Notes under the pieces: model-generated
The model's input: the letters and a program-made list of their open reading frames with translations, nothing else
The model's database searches: none
What the model was told of the DNA's origin: nothing
From: Oscillospiraceae bacterium
GTDB taxonomy: Bacteria > Bacillota > Clostridia > Oscillospirales > Acutalibacteraceae
NCBI GenBank assembly: GCA_031556545.1
Contig: JAVBST010000004.1
Coordinates: 46,886-110,885 of the forward strand
DNA length: 64,000 nucleotides
Direction of reading: 5' to 3'
Made by a program: the position numbers and the translations under genes
In this document: positions 28,810-38,336 of the stretch, piece by piece
Layout of the letters: every line of letters begins with the position of its first letter
How positions within the stretch are numbered: position 1 is the first letter of the stretch

Positions 28810-31521
28810 TCAGGTTCCCATTTCCCGTTCTTTTTGAAAATGCAGCAGGATTTTTCGTATCCAGTCCACCGGAACCACGGTCGCGGCAATGATAAGGCTT
28901 ACACGGAGCTCGGCCGGCGTGAGAGCCACCGTCCGGAACAAAGAGCCGCCATAGTAAATGAGTAAAATCTGAATGAACGCCACCAGCCCCATTACGGTAA
29001 TAAAGGCCTTATTGCGCCACAGGTGTGCCAGAAGATTGAGGCGGTGGGTGCGGGCATTGAAGCTGTTGAAGACCCCCGCAAACATAAAAAAGGCGAAAAA
29101 TCCCGTCATGAGATAGCGGTTGTCGGGCGCTTCGCGGAAGAGTCCGCGAATGGCCGGCATTTTGAGGAAGAGCACACAAAGAATGGCGGTGTATACACCG
29201 GTGAAGAGAATCTCATTCCACATATACGAGTTGATAATTTTCTCTTCCCGTTTTTTGGGCTTTTCGTTCATATACTCTTTCAGGGGCGCTTCTCCGCCAA
29301 AAGCGAGCCCGGCTAAAGTGTCCATCACCATATTAATCCAGAGCATCTGGATCACCGTGACAGGCGTATCGATGCCAATAAAGGGACCAATGATGGAGAT
29401 GCCCACAGCGCAGAGGTTGACAGTGAGCTGGAAAATAATAAACTTTCGGATGCTTTTAAAAATAGTGCGTCCATAGAGAATGGCCCTGGAAATGGAGAGG
29501 AAATTATCGTCGAGAATGACAATATCGCCCGCCTCCTTGGCCACCTCGGTACCGCTGCCCATAGCGAAACCAACATCTGCCTTTTTGAGCGCCGGCGCAT
29601 CGTTGACGCCGTCCCCGGTCATCCCGACCACCAGCCCACATGCCTGTGCGAGCCGTACCAGCCGACTCTTATCCGAAGGCAATGCCCGGGCCACAACCCG
29701 CAGACCAGGGAGCCTCGCCTTCAGTTCGCTGTCACTTAGCCGCCCCATCTGATCCGAAGTCATGACCGCCTCCGCCGGACCGTGCTTAACAAGGCCTAAT
29801 TCTCGGGCAATGGCCACGGCAGTCTCACGACTGTCACCGGTAATCATTACAACCTGTATACCCGCCCGTTGGACCTGTCGAATCCCTCCCACGGCTTCCT
29901 TGCGGATCTCATCTCGAATCCCAACAATTCCCACCAAAGTCAGGTTTTGAAAGCCCATTTCTTCGCGTAAAGGCGCATCACTTGTCGCTAGCGCAATTAG
30001 CCTTACCGCTTGCTTCGCAGCCTCCATCATAGAATGCTGGAGATGACTTTGTTTTGCAAAAGTTCTTTTTTGACCATTTTCGTCATAATATGTAGTGCAG
30101 TAGGGCAGGATCTTTTCTGGCGCGCCTTTGATGAAAGTACAATGACTTGCTGCGGTTCGAATTTCGGCAGCGGAGTACTTTTTGGCGCTGTCAAAGGGAA
30201 TCGATTTAATTTTGTTAATAATGGATGGGTCTGCCGCATATTTTCCCACATAGTCCAGCAAGGCGCGTTCCGTTGCGTTGCCTCCGATGGCCACCTTGTG
30301 TTTTCCCTGCTGGCTCAAACTGGCCGCCGTATTATACAGAGCGGACACCCGTACGAGCTCCCACAGAGGCTGATGCTTGCGCAACGCGGGGAGGTCGGTA
30401 TATTCCTGATTGTCCCCGCTGATAAAGGTTTTGACCCGGAGCTGTCCCTTGGTCAGGGTGCCTGTCTTGTCGGTAAACAGCACATTGACGCTGCCCGAGG
30501 TTTCAATGCCCACCAATTTCCGAACCAGCACATTATCCTTGAGCATCCGTTTCATATTGGAGGAAAGCACCACGGTAATCATCATGGGCAGCCCTTCGGG
30601 TACCGCAACCACAATGACGGTCATAGCCAATGTAATTGCATTCATCGCAATGCCGGAAATATAAGAAAAATCTTTGATGCGCTGTGCAATCAACGCCATC
30701 TGAAAACCGTTGTCAATCATCAGGGAATTGAAAATATAAGCCACCGCCACAAAAAAGGCCCCAATATAACCCACGCGGCTGATGGTGCCCGCCAGATGGC
30801 CCAGGCGCAGCTTTAAGGGGCTTTCCCGGGGTTCCTCCTGCACTTCCCGGGCGAGACTTCCGAAAAAGGTTTTATCGCCAACCGACACAATCCGCATTTC
30901 GCCCTCACCGGCACACACCACAGAGCCGCAAAACAGCCGGTTCGGATCCTGGAATCCCCGTTTATGCTCGCCCGGCACAAAGAAGCTTGTGTCGGGACTT
31001 TTATGTGCCTCTTTGCTCTCTCCATTGAGCGCCGACTGGTCTACATCCAGTTCCCCTTCTAGCAAAATTCCATCTGCCGGAATCCGATCCCCCGCGCACA
31101 GGGAAACCGTATCGCCCTTCACCAGCTCCGCAACCGGCAGTTCCACCCGCTGGCCCGAGCGCCAGACCCGGCACTTGATTCTCGCACTCTCCTCTTGTAA
31201 TTTTTGAAAGGCGGATTCACTGCCGTATTCCGACAGCGTGGACACCAGTGTCGCTAAAAAAATCGCCGCTGCAATCCCGGCCGATTCATAAAAATTGAGC
31301 GTCTTCATGATGAAGAGGGTGTTGACCGCCAGGGCAATCAAAAGAATCCGAATGATAGGGTCCCCGAAATTGGCAAGATATTGCCGGAAAAACCCTTTCT
31401 GCTTTTGATGGGTAATCACATTTGCGCCCGATTCCGCGCGGGCCCTTTCAACCTGCTGCGAATTCAGGCCTTTATAACCAGGTGCGCCGTCCCTAAACGC
31501 ACTGCCTTTCATAGTCTGCAT
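28810..31521 (-). CDS. Calcium-translocating P-type ATPase (P2 type)
   Basis: 903 aa; DKTGTLT phosphorylation site, TGDGVNDAPALKKADVG hinge, 10-TM layout. Confidence 0.9.
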   Translation of the reverse strand: MQTMKGSAFRDGAPGYKGLNSQQVERARAESGANVITHQKQKGFFRQYLANFGDPIIRILLIALAVNTLFIMKTLNFYESAGIAAAIFLATLVSTLSEYGSESAFQKLQEESARIKCRVWRSGQRVELPVAELVKGDTVSLCAGDRIPADGILLEGELDVDQSALNGESKEAHKSPDTSFFVPGEHKRGFQDPNRLFCGSVVCAGEGEMRIVSVGDKTFFGSLAREVQEEPRESPLKLRLGHLAGTISRVGYIGAFFVAVAYIFNSLMIDNGFQMALIAQRIKDFSYISGIAMNAITLAMTVIVVAVPEGLPMMITVVLSSNMKRMLKDNVLVRKLVGIETSGSVNVLFTDKTGTLTKGQLRVKTFISGDNQEYTDLPALRKHQPLWELVRVSALYNTAASLSQQGKHKVAIGGNATERALLDYVGKYAADPSIINKIKSIPFDSAKKYSAAEIRTAASHCTFIKGAPEKILPYCTTYYDENGQKRTFAKQSHLQHSMMEAAKQAVRLIALATSDAPLREEMGFQNLTLVGIVGIRDEIRKEAVGGIRQVQRAGIQVVMITGDSRETAVAIARELGLVKHGPAEAVMTSDQMGRLSDSELKARLPGLRVVARALPSDKSRLVRLAQACGLVVGMTGDGVNDAPALKKADVGFAMGSGTEVAKEAGDIVILDDNFLSISRAILYGRTIFKSIRKFIIFQLTVNLCAVGISIIGPFIGIDTPVTVIQMLWINMVMDTLAGLAFGGEAPLKEYMNEKPKKREEKIINSYMWNEILFTGVYTAILCVLFLKMPAIRGLFREAPDNRYLMTGFFAFFMFAGVFNSFNARTHRLNLLAHLWRNKAFITVMGLVAFIQILLIYYGGSLFRTVALTPAELRVSLIIAATVVPVDWIRKILLHFQKEREMGT

Positions 31522-31658
31522 AAACCTTGCTCCTTCCGAATCGATCCGCCGTAATCAATCATATTCGGACAGGCAAGCGTTTATGACCATTTTGTGGGCA
31601 GCGGGTGATCCCTGCCGGTTGATCTGCACAGACCCCGTGGGCGCTCCTTTCCCTTTCC

Positions 31659-31687
31659 TTGCATTTTACAGCCATATGGGGTAAAAT
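31659..31687 (+). promoter_or_regulatory. Candidate promoter for coaX
   Basis: TTGCAT, 17-nt spacer, TAAAAT. Confidence 0.4.
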
Positions 31688-31734
31688 ATTACTATCAAGT
31701 CGAAAAGGGGGACACGGGCATCTTGCCCCAACGG

Positions 31735-32499
31735 ATGAATCTGACCATTGATGTAGGGAATACACATATTACTTTGGGCGCTTTTGATGGCGACGCCCTG
31801 CTTTTTGTGGCAAGATTGGCAACCGACCGGTTGCGTACCGACGACCAGTATGCCATCGAATTGCGCGATATTTTTAAGTTGTACCAGATTGCTTCGCAAA
31901 GCTTTTCGGGCGGTATTATCGGTAGCGTGGTTCCCGAGCTGACCACCTCCATCCAAAGAGCCGTCACCAAAGTTACCGGCATCAAGCCCCTGATTGTAGG
32001 ACCCGGCATTAAAACAGGCCTGAATATTAAAACCCACGCCGCAGGACAGGTTGGCGCTGATTTAGTGGCGGGCGCCGTCGCCGCCATCACGAAGTATCCT
32101 CTCCCCTGCATCGTCTTTGATATGGGCACTGCCACCACGCTGAGCCTTATTGACGCCAATGCCTGTCTTTCCGGTTGCGTGATTGCCGCCGGGGTTGGCA
32201 TCTCTCTGGACGCACTGGCCACCCGCACTTCCATGTTGCCCCATATCAGCCTGGATACGCCCGATTCCGTTATTGGCCTGAACACCGTGGACTGTATGCG
32301 CTCCGGCGCTGTATTCGGAGCGGCGGCCATGCTGGACGGCCTCGTGGAGCGCATCGAAAAAGAGGCGGGGCCCATGACATCCCTCGTGGCCACCGGCGGC
32401 CTTGCCAAAGAAATTATTCAGCATTGCAACCGCCAAATTGAATATAATAACAACCTTCTCCTGGAAGGATTGCATACGATTTATTTAAAGAACGTATAG
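31735..32499 (+). CDS. coaX: Type III pantothenate kinase
   Basis: MNLTIDVGNTHITLG (DxGNT) and the ASKHA fold pattern. ATG 31735 chosen over the tracked TTG. Confidence 0.9.
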   Translation: MNLTIDVGNTHITLGAFDGDALLFVARLATDRLRTDDQYAIELRDIFKLYQIASQSFSGGIIGSVVPELTTSIQRAVTKVTGIKPLIVGPGIKTGLNIKTHAAGQVGADLVAGAVAAITKYPLPCIVFDMGTATTLSLIDANACLSGCVIAAGVGISLDALATRTSMLPHISLDTPDSVIGLNTVDCMRSGAVFGAAAMLDGLVERIEKEAGPMTSLVATGGLAKEIIQHCNRQIEYNNNLLLEGLHTIYLKNV

Positions 32500-32590
32500 C
32501 TTTCATGTTCGCTATATTTTGCGCTGCATCCTGTAAGTAAACACTGATTGCATCAGCGTTTACTGGGAGCAGCAGCAAGGAGGAATAAAT

Positions 32591-33217
32591 ATGCAAAACA
32601 CTGCCATCCCTCAAAAGAAGCTGACGAACCCCTTTTACCTGACCCAGCTCGCGATTCTATCCGCCATTGTCATTCTTATGACCTTCGCGCCCTATGTGGG
32701 GTACATTTTCCTTGGCGGGGTATCCATTACCCTGCTGCATATCCCGGTCATTCTGGGCGCGGCTGTTATGGGGCCTAAGGCCGGTGGCATCCTCGGCACC
32801 GTTTGGGGCCTCACCTGCTGGATTAAAGCCGTCATCAGTCCCCCCAGCCCCTTGGAGGGCATTCTGTTCCGCAATCCCATCGTCGCCGTGTTACCCCGCA
32901 TTTTGGCCGGGTTGGTGGCCGGATGGATCTTTCTGCTCTTTGTCCGAATTCTCAAAAACAATTGGATCAGCGCTGGCGTTTCGGCCCTATTGGGCACCTT
33001 GACGAATACGATCTTTACATTGGGCGCCATTTTTTTGTTTTTCGGAGGTTCCAAGGGCTCAGATCTTGGTATTACAGCCCTCGATTTGGGCAGCTTTCTC
33101 AAATTTATTCTGGCGACTCTGGCCGCCAACGGCATTGCGGAAATGGTCGCGGCCATCGTGCTGGTTGTCCCCATCAGTCAGGCACTGCTGGCATTGGGGC
33201 GCAGGTTAAAGGCTTAG
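32591..33217 (+). CDS. ECF transporter S component (possible pantothenate-specific PanT, by context)
   Basis: Small six-TM protein after GCAAGGAGG; sits immediately downstream of coaX. Confidence 0.65.
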   Translation: MQNTAIPQKKLTNPFYLTQLAILSAIVILMTFAPYVGYIFLGGVSITLLHIPVILGAAVMGPKAGGILGTVWGLTCWIKAVISPPSPLEGILFRNPIVAVLPRILAGLVAGWIFLLFVRILKNNWISAGVSALLGTLTNTIFTLGAIFLFFGGSKGSDLGITALDLGSFLKFILATLAANGIAEMVAAIVLVVPISQALLALGRRLKA

Positions 33218-33278
33218 GCGCGAACGCTTCCCTCAGTTCGCAGTAGAACCACGAAACAGGCATAAGATTACGGCCTAA

Positions 33279-33320
33279 AGCCGTGTTGGATGGATTATCC
33301 CTCCTGCACGGCTTTTTTCT
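33279..33320 (+). terminator. Terminator after the ECF S-component gene
   Basis: AGCCGTG...CACGGCT followed by TTTTTCT. Confidence 0.55.
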
Positions 33321-33401
33321 ATTGCTCACAGCCCTGCATATTCCCATTGCGGTCGTTCATAATAGTAAAAATGGGAAATCATGCGTTTGGTTGAGGCGTC
33401 T

Positions 33402-34082
33402 ATGTATATTTCGTTAATTCGGTCGGTCATTCTGTATTTTGTGATTGTCATAACCCTGCGGCTGATGGGCAAGCGGCAGATTGGGGAGCTCCAGCCTTCT
33501 GAGCTGGTGGTCACTATCCTTTTGTCCGAAATCATTTCTATTCCCATGCAGGATCCCGGCATCCCGCTGGTTTCGGCTCTGATTCCTGTTTTCGTTTTTG
33601 TCTCACTGGAGATTATCCTCTCCGTACTCGCCATCAAGCTCCCCAGGCTCAGGAGTCTAGTCAGCGGGCATCCCATCATGATCATCCGTGATGGTCAGTT
33701 GGACCAAAAGCAAATGAAGCGTGTGAGGCTCAATATCACCGACCTCATGGAAGAACTGCGGCTCAAAAACATCTTCTCCCTAGATGAGGTGCAGTATGCC
33801 ATTTTGGAGACCAATGGCGCATTGAGCGTGGTGCCCAAGCCTCTCTATAAGCCCCTGACCCCTCAATCCATGGATATGGAGCTTCCAGCGGACGCGGGTC
33901 TTCCTTTCGTGGTTATTTCGGACGGCAGAATTATTGAAACCGGCTTTGAAGGCTGCAGCATGCACGAAAGTGAAATCAAGAAGGTTCTGGACAAGCAACA
34001 TTTAAAGCCCGAGCATGTGCTGATTATGACGGCGGATAAGCAGCATAATTATATTATCGTGAAAAAGGACGATGCCAATTGA
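33402..34082 (+). CDS. DUF421 (YetF-like) membrane protein
   Basis: LRLMGKRQIGELQPSELVV signature. The second ATG (after GAGG) is preferred; 33381 is also possible. Confidence 0.75.
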   Translation: MYISLIRSVILYFVIVITLRLMGKRQIGELQPSELVVTILLSEIISIPMQDPGIPLVSALIPVFVFVSLEIILSVLAIKLPRLRSLVSGHPIMIIRDGQLDQKQMKRVRLNITDLMEELRLKNIFSLDEVQYAILETNGALSVVPKPLYKPLTPQSMDMELPADAGLPFVVISDGRIIETGFEGCSMHESEIKKVLDKQHLKPEHVLIMTADKQHNYIIVKKDDAN

Positions 34083-34459
34083 AACGGATTTGGGTGGCGG
34101 TTGCTTTTTTAAGCATTGCTGTGGGCCTGTGTATTACCGGCACCATCCTGCTGCATGCCTCGTCCCAAAAGATCTGTCGCTTATTGGAGGAATGCAAGAC
34201 GCTTTCCGACACACAGGAAGCCGTGGGCGCTCTCGAAAAAGCTGAAGAAATTCAGCACACCTGGGAAAAGAATTTCCTGCCCTATTATATTTTTATCCGA
34301 CATGGGGAGCTGGATACTTTGGAACAGGGAATTGACCTGCTGCCAACATTGGCCAAGGATAAAAACTGGCCGGCATATAGTATATGGGTTCAAAAATGCT
34401 TGCACGAACTGGATCGTATCGATGACCTGGACCATCCGAACTTCCGGAATATTTTTTGA
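34079..34459 (+). CDS. DUF4363-like small membrane-anchored protein
   Basis: The start overlaps the DUF421 stop. One N-terminal TM helix and a helical C-terminal part; this is the usual partner of DUF421 genes. Confidence 0.6.
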   Translation: MKRIWVAVAFLSIAVGLCITGTILLHASSQKICRLLEECKTLSDTQEAVGALEKAEEIQHTWEKNFLPYYIFIRHGELDTLEQGIDLLPTLAKDKNWPAYSIWVQKCLHELDRIDDLDHPNFRNIF

Positions 34460-34653
34460 CGGCGCCGGAGAAATTTTTTGCTTTTTACGTGTTGATACTC
34501 CCGCACGGCGCCCTCACACAAAGATCAACGCTTGCCGTTTTTGACTGCAAACGCTATAATAATTATTGTAATTACAAATGCATAGAAAGCCCAAAAACCG
34601 CGCCAGCACCGTGGAGCATAAGTCTCGGCGCTGCTGATAAAGGAGGCCTTGCC

Positions 34654-36399
34654 TTGGAAGCGAGCCCGTACATACAAAAATCGAAGCTGAGAATATTTGC
34701 CGGCTTTTACCGGCCTCATCTCAAACTCTTCCTCTTGGATATGGTCTGTGCGCTGTTTATCTCGACCGTGGATATTGCATTCCCCTTGCTTACGCGCTAT
34801 ACCCTCAACACCCTTTTGCCGCAAAATCTCTACGGGATTTTCTTTGGCTTGATGGGTGGATTGGGCGCGGCTTACTTACTGCGGGCACTCCTCTTATATG
34901 TGGTAACTTATTGGGGCCATACCCTGGGAGTGCTGATGGAGGCCGACATGCGGCGGGATCTGTTTACGCATTTGCAGCGCCTCTCCTTCAATTTTTATGA
35001 TTCCAACCGCACCGGCCACATTATGAGCCGTGTAACCACCGACTTATTTGAAATTACCGAGCTGGCCCATCACGGCCCCGAGGATATCGTGATTTCTACC
35101 CTTACCTTGATAGGCGCCTTTGTTGTGATGTTCGGCATCAATTGGCAGCTTGCCTTATTGCTGTTGTGTCTGGTGCCTCTGGCACTGCTCTTCACCATTT
35201 CCCAGCGCAAGCGCATGTCTTCAAGCTCCCGCAAGGTCAAGGAGCATACCGCCGGTATCAACGCCGACATCGAATCGAGCATTTCGGGCGCCCGGGTGGC
35301 TAAGGCCTTTGCCAACGAAGCCTATGAGGTGGACAAATTCATGGCGGGCAACGAACGCTTCAAGCGTTCCAAAAGCCACTTTTATGCCAATCTGGCGGTC
35401 TTTCTCAGCGGCATGGATTTTTTCACCAGCATTTTCAGCGTCCTTGTCGTGGCGCTGGGCGGCTATCTGATCATGCAGCAAAAAATGAACATCGTGGATG
35501 TTTTGACCTTCAGCCTGTATGTCACTACTTTTTTGCAGCCGATCCGTAAACTGACCCAGTTTGTAGAGCAGTATACCACAGGGATGGCGGGCTTTGGACG
35601 CTTTGTCGAGATCATGCGTATGCAGCCCGATGTTACCGACGCTCCGGATGCCAAGTCCCTGCAACATGCCCGTGGTGACATTGAATTCAAGGACGTCACC
35701 TTCTCCTATAACGAAAAAGCCAACGTACTCACCCACGTGAATTTACAGATTCCGGCCGGAAAAACCCTTGCCATCGTCGGGCCCTCAGGCGGCGGCAAAA
35801 CCACCTTGTGCCACTTGATTCCGCGCTTTTATGATATTTCGGAGGGGCAAATTCTTTTGGATGGTACCGATATCCGCAAGTATACCCTCAACAGCCTGCG
35901 CCAAAATATCGGCATCGTCTCGCAGGATGTCTTTCTGTTTGCGGGCTCTATCCGCGAAAACATCCGCTACGGCAATATTCACGCTACGGAAGCCGAAATT
36001 GTGGAAGCCGCCAAACGCGCCGAAATTTACGAGATGATTCAGGAAATGCCGGAGGGACTGGACACCGAAGTGGGGGAACGGGGCGTCCGGCTTTCAGGCG
36101 GGCAAAAGCAGCGCATCAGCATTGCGCGCATCTTTCTCAAAAACCCACCCGTTCTAATCCTGGATGAGGCAACCTCCGCCCTGGACACCCTCACCGAAAG
36201 GCGTATTCAGGCTTCCTTTGACGAACTTTCCAAAGGGCGCACCACCCTGGTGATTGCCCACCGGCTATCCACTGTCGTCAACGCCGACGAAATCATTTAC
36301 ATTGATGAAAACGGCATTCAGGAGCGCGGCAGGCACGAGGAGCTCCTGTCACGCGGTCAACAGTATGCACGGCTGTATTCGATGCAATTTTTGAAATAG
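34654..36399 (+). CDS. ABC exporter, fused permease/ATPase
   Basis: Trimmed to TTG 34654, 7 nt after AAAGGAGG. Six TM segments, Walker A GPSGGGKTT, signature LSGGQKQR, Walker B ILILDEATS. Confidence 0.85.
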   Translation: MEASPYIQKSKLRIFAGFYRPHLKLFLLDMVCALFISTVDIAFPLLTRYTLNTLLPQNLYGIFFGLMGGLGAAYLLRALLLYVVTYWGHTLGVLMEADMRRDLFTHLQRLSFNFYDSNRTGHIMSRVTTDLFEITELAHHGPEDIVISTLTLIGAFVVMFGINWQLALLLLCLVPLALLFTISQRKRMSSSSRKVKEHTAGINADIESSISGARVAKAFANEAYEVDKFMAGNERFKRSKSHFYANLAVFLSGMDFFTSIFSVLVVALGGYLIMQQKMNIVDVLTFSLYVTTFLQPIRKLTQFVEQYTTGMAGFGRFVEIMRMQPDVTDAPDAKSLQHARGDIEFKDVTFSYNEKANVLTHVNLQIPAGKTLAIVGPSGGGKTTLCHLIPRFYDISEGQILLDGTDIRKYTLNSLRQNIGIVSQDVFLFAGSIRENIRYGNIHATEAEIVEAAKRAEIYEMIQEMPEGLDTEVGERGVRLSGGQKQRISIARIFLKNPPVLILDEATSALDTLTERRIQASFDELSKGRTTLVIAHRLSTVVNADEIIYIDENGIQERGRHEELLSRGQQYARLYSMQFLK

Positions 36400-36414
36400 C
36401 AAGGATGATCGCTT

Positions 36415-37281
36415 ATGGCTTGTGTGATTTGTCCCCGTCACTGCAACATAGACCGCATGACACAACCCGGCTTTTGCCATGCCCTGGAGCATCCCCTCGT
36501 GGCGAAAACAATGCTTCACCATTGGGAAGAGCCTCCCATCAGCGGCACCCGGGGATCGGGCGCCGTTTTCTTTGCCGGCTGCAACCTACGCTGTGTCTTT
36601 TGCCAAAATCACACCATCAGTCAGAACGCTGTCGGCAAAGCGGTATCGATACCGCAATTGGCGGATCTTTTTTGGGAGCTGGAAAGCCGAGGCGTTCATA
36701 ATATTAATCTGGTTACCCCTATGCACTTTGTCTCGCCCCTTGCAAAGGCCTTGGAAACAGCCAAAAACCGTGGGCTTCGGATTCCGGTGGTCTACAATAC
36801 AAATGCTTACGAGACCGTGGCATCCCTACGGCGGCTGGAAGGGCTCATCGATATCTATTTGCCCGATCTCAAATACTTTGACGATACCCATGCCCGCCAA
36901 TATTCCCATGCCCCAAACTACTTTGCCCATGCTTCGCAAGCGGTGCTGGAAATGCAACGGCAAGTGGGTGACGCCGTGATCGATGCGCAGGGCATCATGC
37001 AAAAAGGTCTCCTCATCCGGCATCTGCTTCTGCCAGGGCTGCGGCAGGATTCCATGCGCATTCTCGATTGGATACGAGCGTATTTGCCCACTACATACCT
37101 GAGCTTGATGGCGCAGTATGTTCCGGTACATGAGGCCAAAAACTATCCTAACATTAACCGCCGCATCACCACCTTCGAGTATGATTCGATCGTGGCTTAC
37201 TTTTTCAAAATTGGCTTACAAAACGGATTTATGCAAAGCCGGGAGGCCGCCACTTCCGATTTTACCCCGGATTTCCTCTGA
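36415..37281 (+). CDS. Radical SAM protein (PflX-like activase family)
   Basis: CNLRCVFCQN CxxxCxxC cluster; 288 aa; no SPASM extension. Confidence 0.75.
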   Translation: MACVICPRHCNIDRMTQPGFCHALEHPLVAKTMLHHWEEPPISGTRGSGAVFFAGCNLRCVFCQNHTISQNAVGKAVSIPQLADLFWELESRGVHNINLVTPMHFVSPLAKALETAKNRGLRIPVVYNTNAYETVASLRRLEGLIDIYLPDLKYFDDTHARQYSHAPNYFAHASQAVLEMQRQVGDAVIDAQGIMQKGLLIRHLLLPGLRQDSMRILDWIRAYLPTTYLSLMAQYVPVHEAKNYPNINRRITTFEYDSIVAYFFKIGLQNGFMQSREAATSDFTPDFL

Positions 37282-37423
37282 TATAGCCAGCTATTACTCG
37301 GGCATTTACGAGGATTTTGAGGGAGTCTCTTATGTGCCGGAGTGACAGGAACATCGTAAGCATCTCGCTTCCAGCAGTGATACTTTCAACGCTTACGGCA
37401 TATAATTCCCGCAAAGCAGATGT

Positions 37424-37466
37424 AAAGGCATGTCACTTTACAAAGATAAACGACATGCCTTTATTG
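37424..37466 (+). terminator. Terminator after the radical SAM gene
   Basis: AAAGGCATGTC, 17-nt loop, GACATGCCTTT followed by ATTGT. Confidence 0.55.
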
Positions 37467-37573
37467 TAATGCTCTTTCTCCAGCACTCAAATATGGAGAT
37501 TTTAAGGAAAGTCACTATATGCCGGAGTCCTGTTGACCAGGTATCGCTTGGGGCGGCGTGGCCTTGCATTTAA

Positions 37574-37601
37574 GCGTGTGTCCGCTCCGCGGACACACTC
37601 G
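37574..37601. other. GC-rich 10-bp hairpin, function unassigned
   Basis: GTGTGTCCGC-TCC-GCGGACACAC. Confidence 0.4.
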
Positions 37602-37884
37602 CATTATCGCTTTGGTAATTGGTGAATTTTTCCGCTTTTAATTGCCAAAGCAATATTTGCACCAAAAGTATTCTGCGCTTCCGCGCGTTAAAAAATTTTA
37701 CCCGGAACCCAATTCCGATCTCAGGCAATAAGAAACGAGCCACTCTCCCGAGCATAGACCTCGGGGCATCAGGCTTCATGCAACGCTCCAGAAGAACGGG
37801 GTATCAGCCCCTGCATGCTGCGCCACACTTTCGCCGGGTTTTGCGGAGCGGATACCCCAGCGCAGTCGGCTAAATAGCCCCCAA

Positions 37885-38208
37885 TTATTGTCCGCCTTCA
37901 TCTTTATCGCTGGAATTGTTAACAAGAATTCCAGCTTGTTTAATGACCTGATTGCCAAACACGCTGCCTGCGGCACAAAGAAGCCCTTGTGTCAAAACAG
38001 AGAAAATCAGCTCAAAAATTTCGCGGGCATCGCTGAAGGGCTGTGTAGAAAACAGATAGCATCCGCACAGAAGAATTCCAACCCCCGACAGGATAAAGGG
38101 AATCCACGCATCGTTAATTTTTGTTTTTTCTTTAATGATCCAACCAATAAACCAAAGCACAGGAACCACCAACAACAATCCGGGTTCAATATAATCGCTA
38201 AAACTCAT
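37885..38208 (-). CDS. Putative phage-type holin
   Basis: 107 aa; two or three hydrophobic helices and a charged C-terminal tail (SSDKDEGGQ); directly downstream of the amidase. Confidence 0.55.
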   Translation of the reverse strand: MSFSDYIEPGLLLVVPVLWFIGWIIKEKTKINDAWIPFILSGVGILLCGCYLFSTQPFSDAREIFELIFSVLTQGLLCAAGSVFGNQVIKQAGILVNNSSDKDEGGQ

Positions 38209-38336
38209 TCATATTCACCTCAATTTCTTCCTCTATCTCACTTATGGCTCCGGTATTTACATACAGGAATTTTGAGAAAAGCGCTTCCCCTCAGTAAACT
38301 CGAAAACATGCCACATGGTTTCAAAGAGCGCAGTTA

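Noticed and set aside
37798-37859. tRNA-like appearance (8-bp acceptor-like helix followed by an unpaired A)
   Set aside because: It is only about 62 nt long. It has no GTTCRANYC T-loop, no D-arm consensus and no CCA context, so it is not a tRNA or an obvious tRNA fragment.
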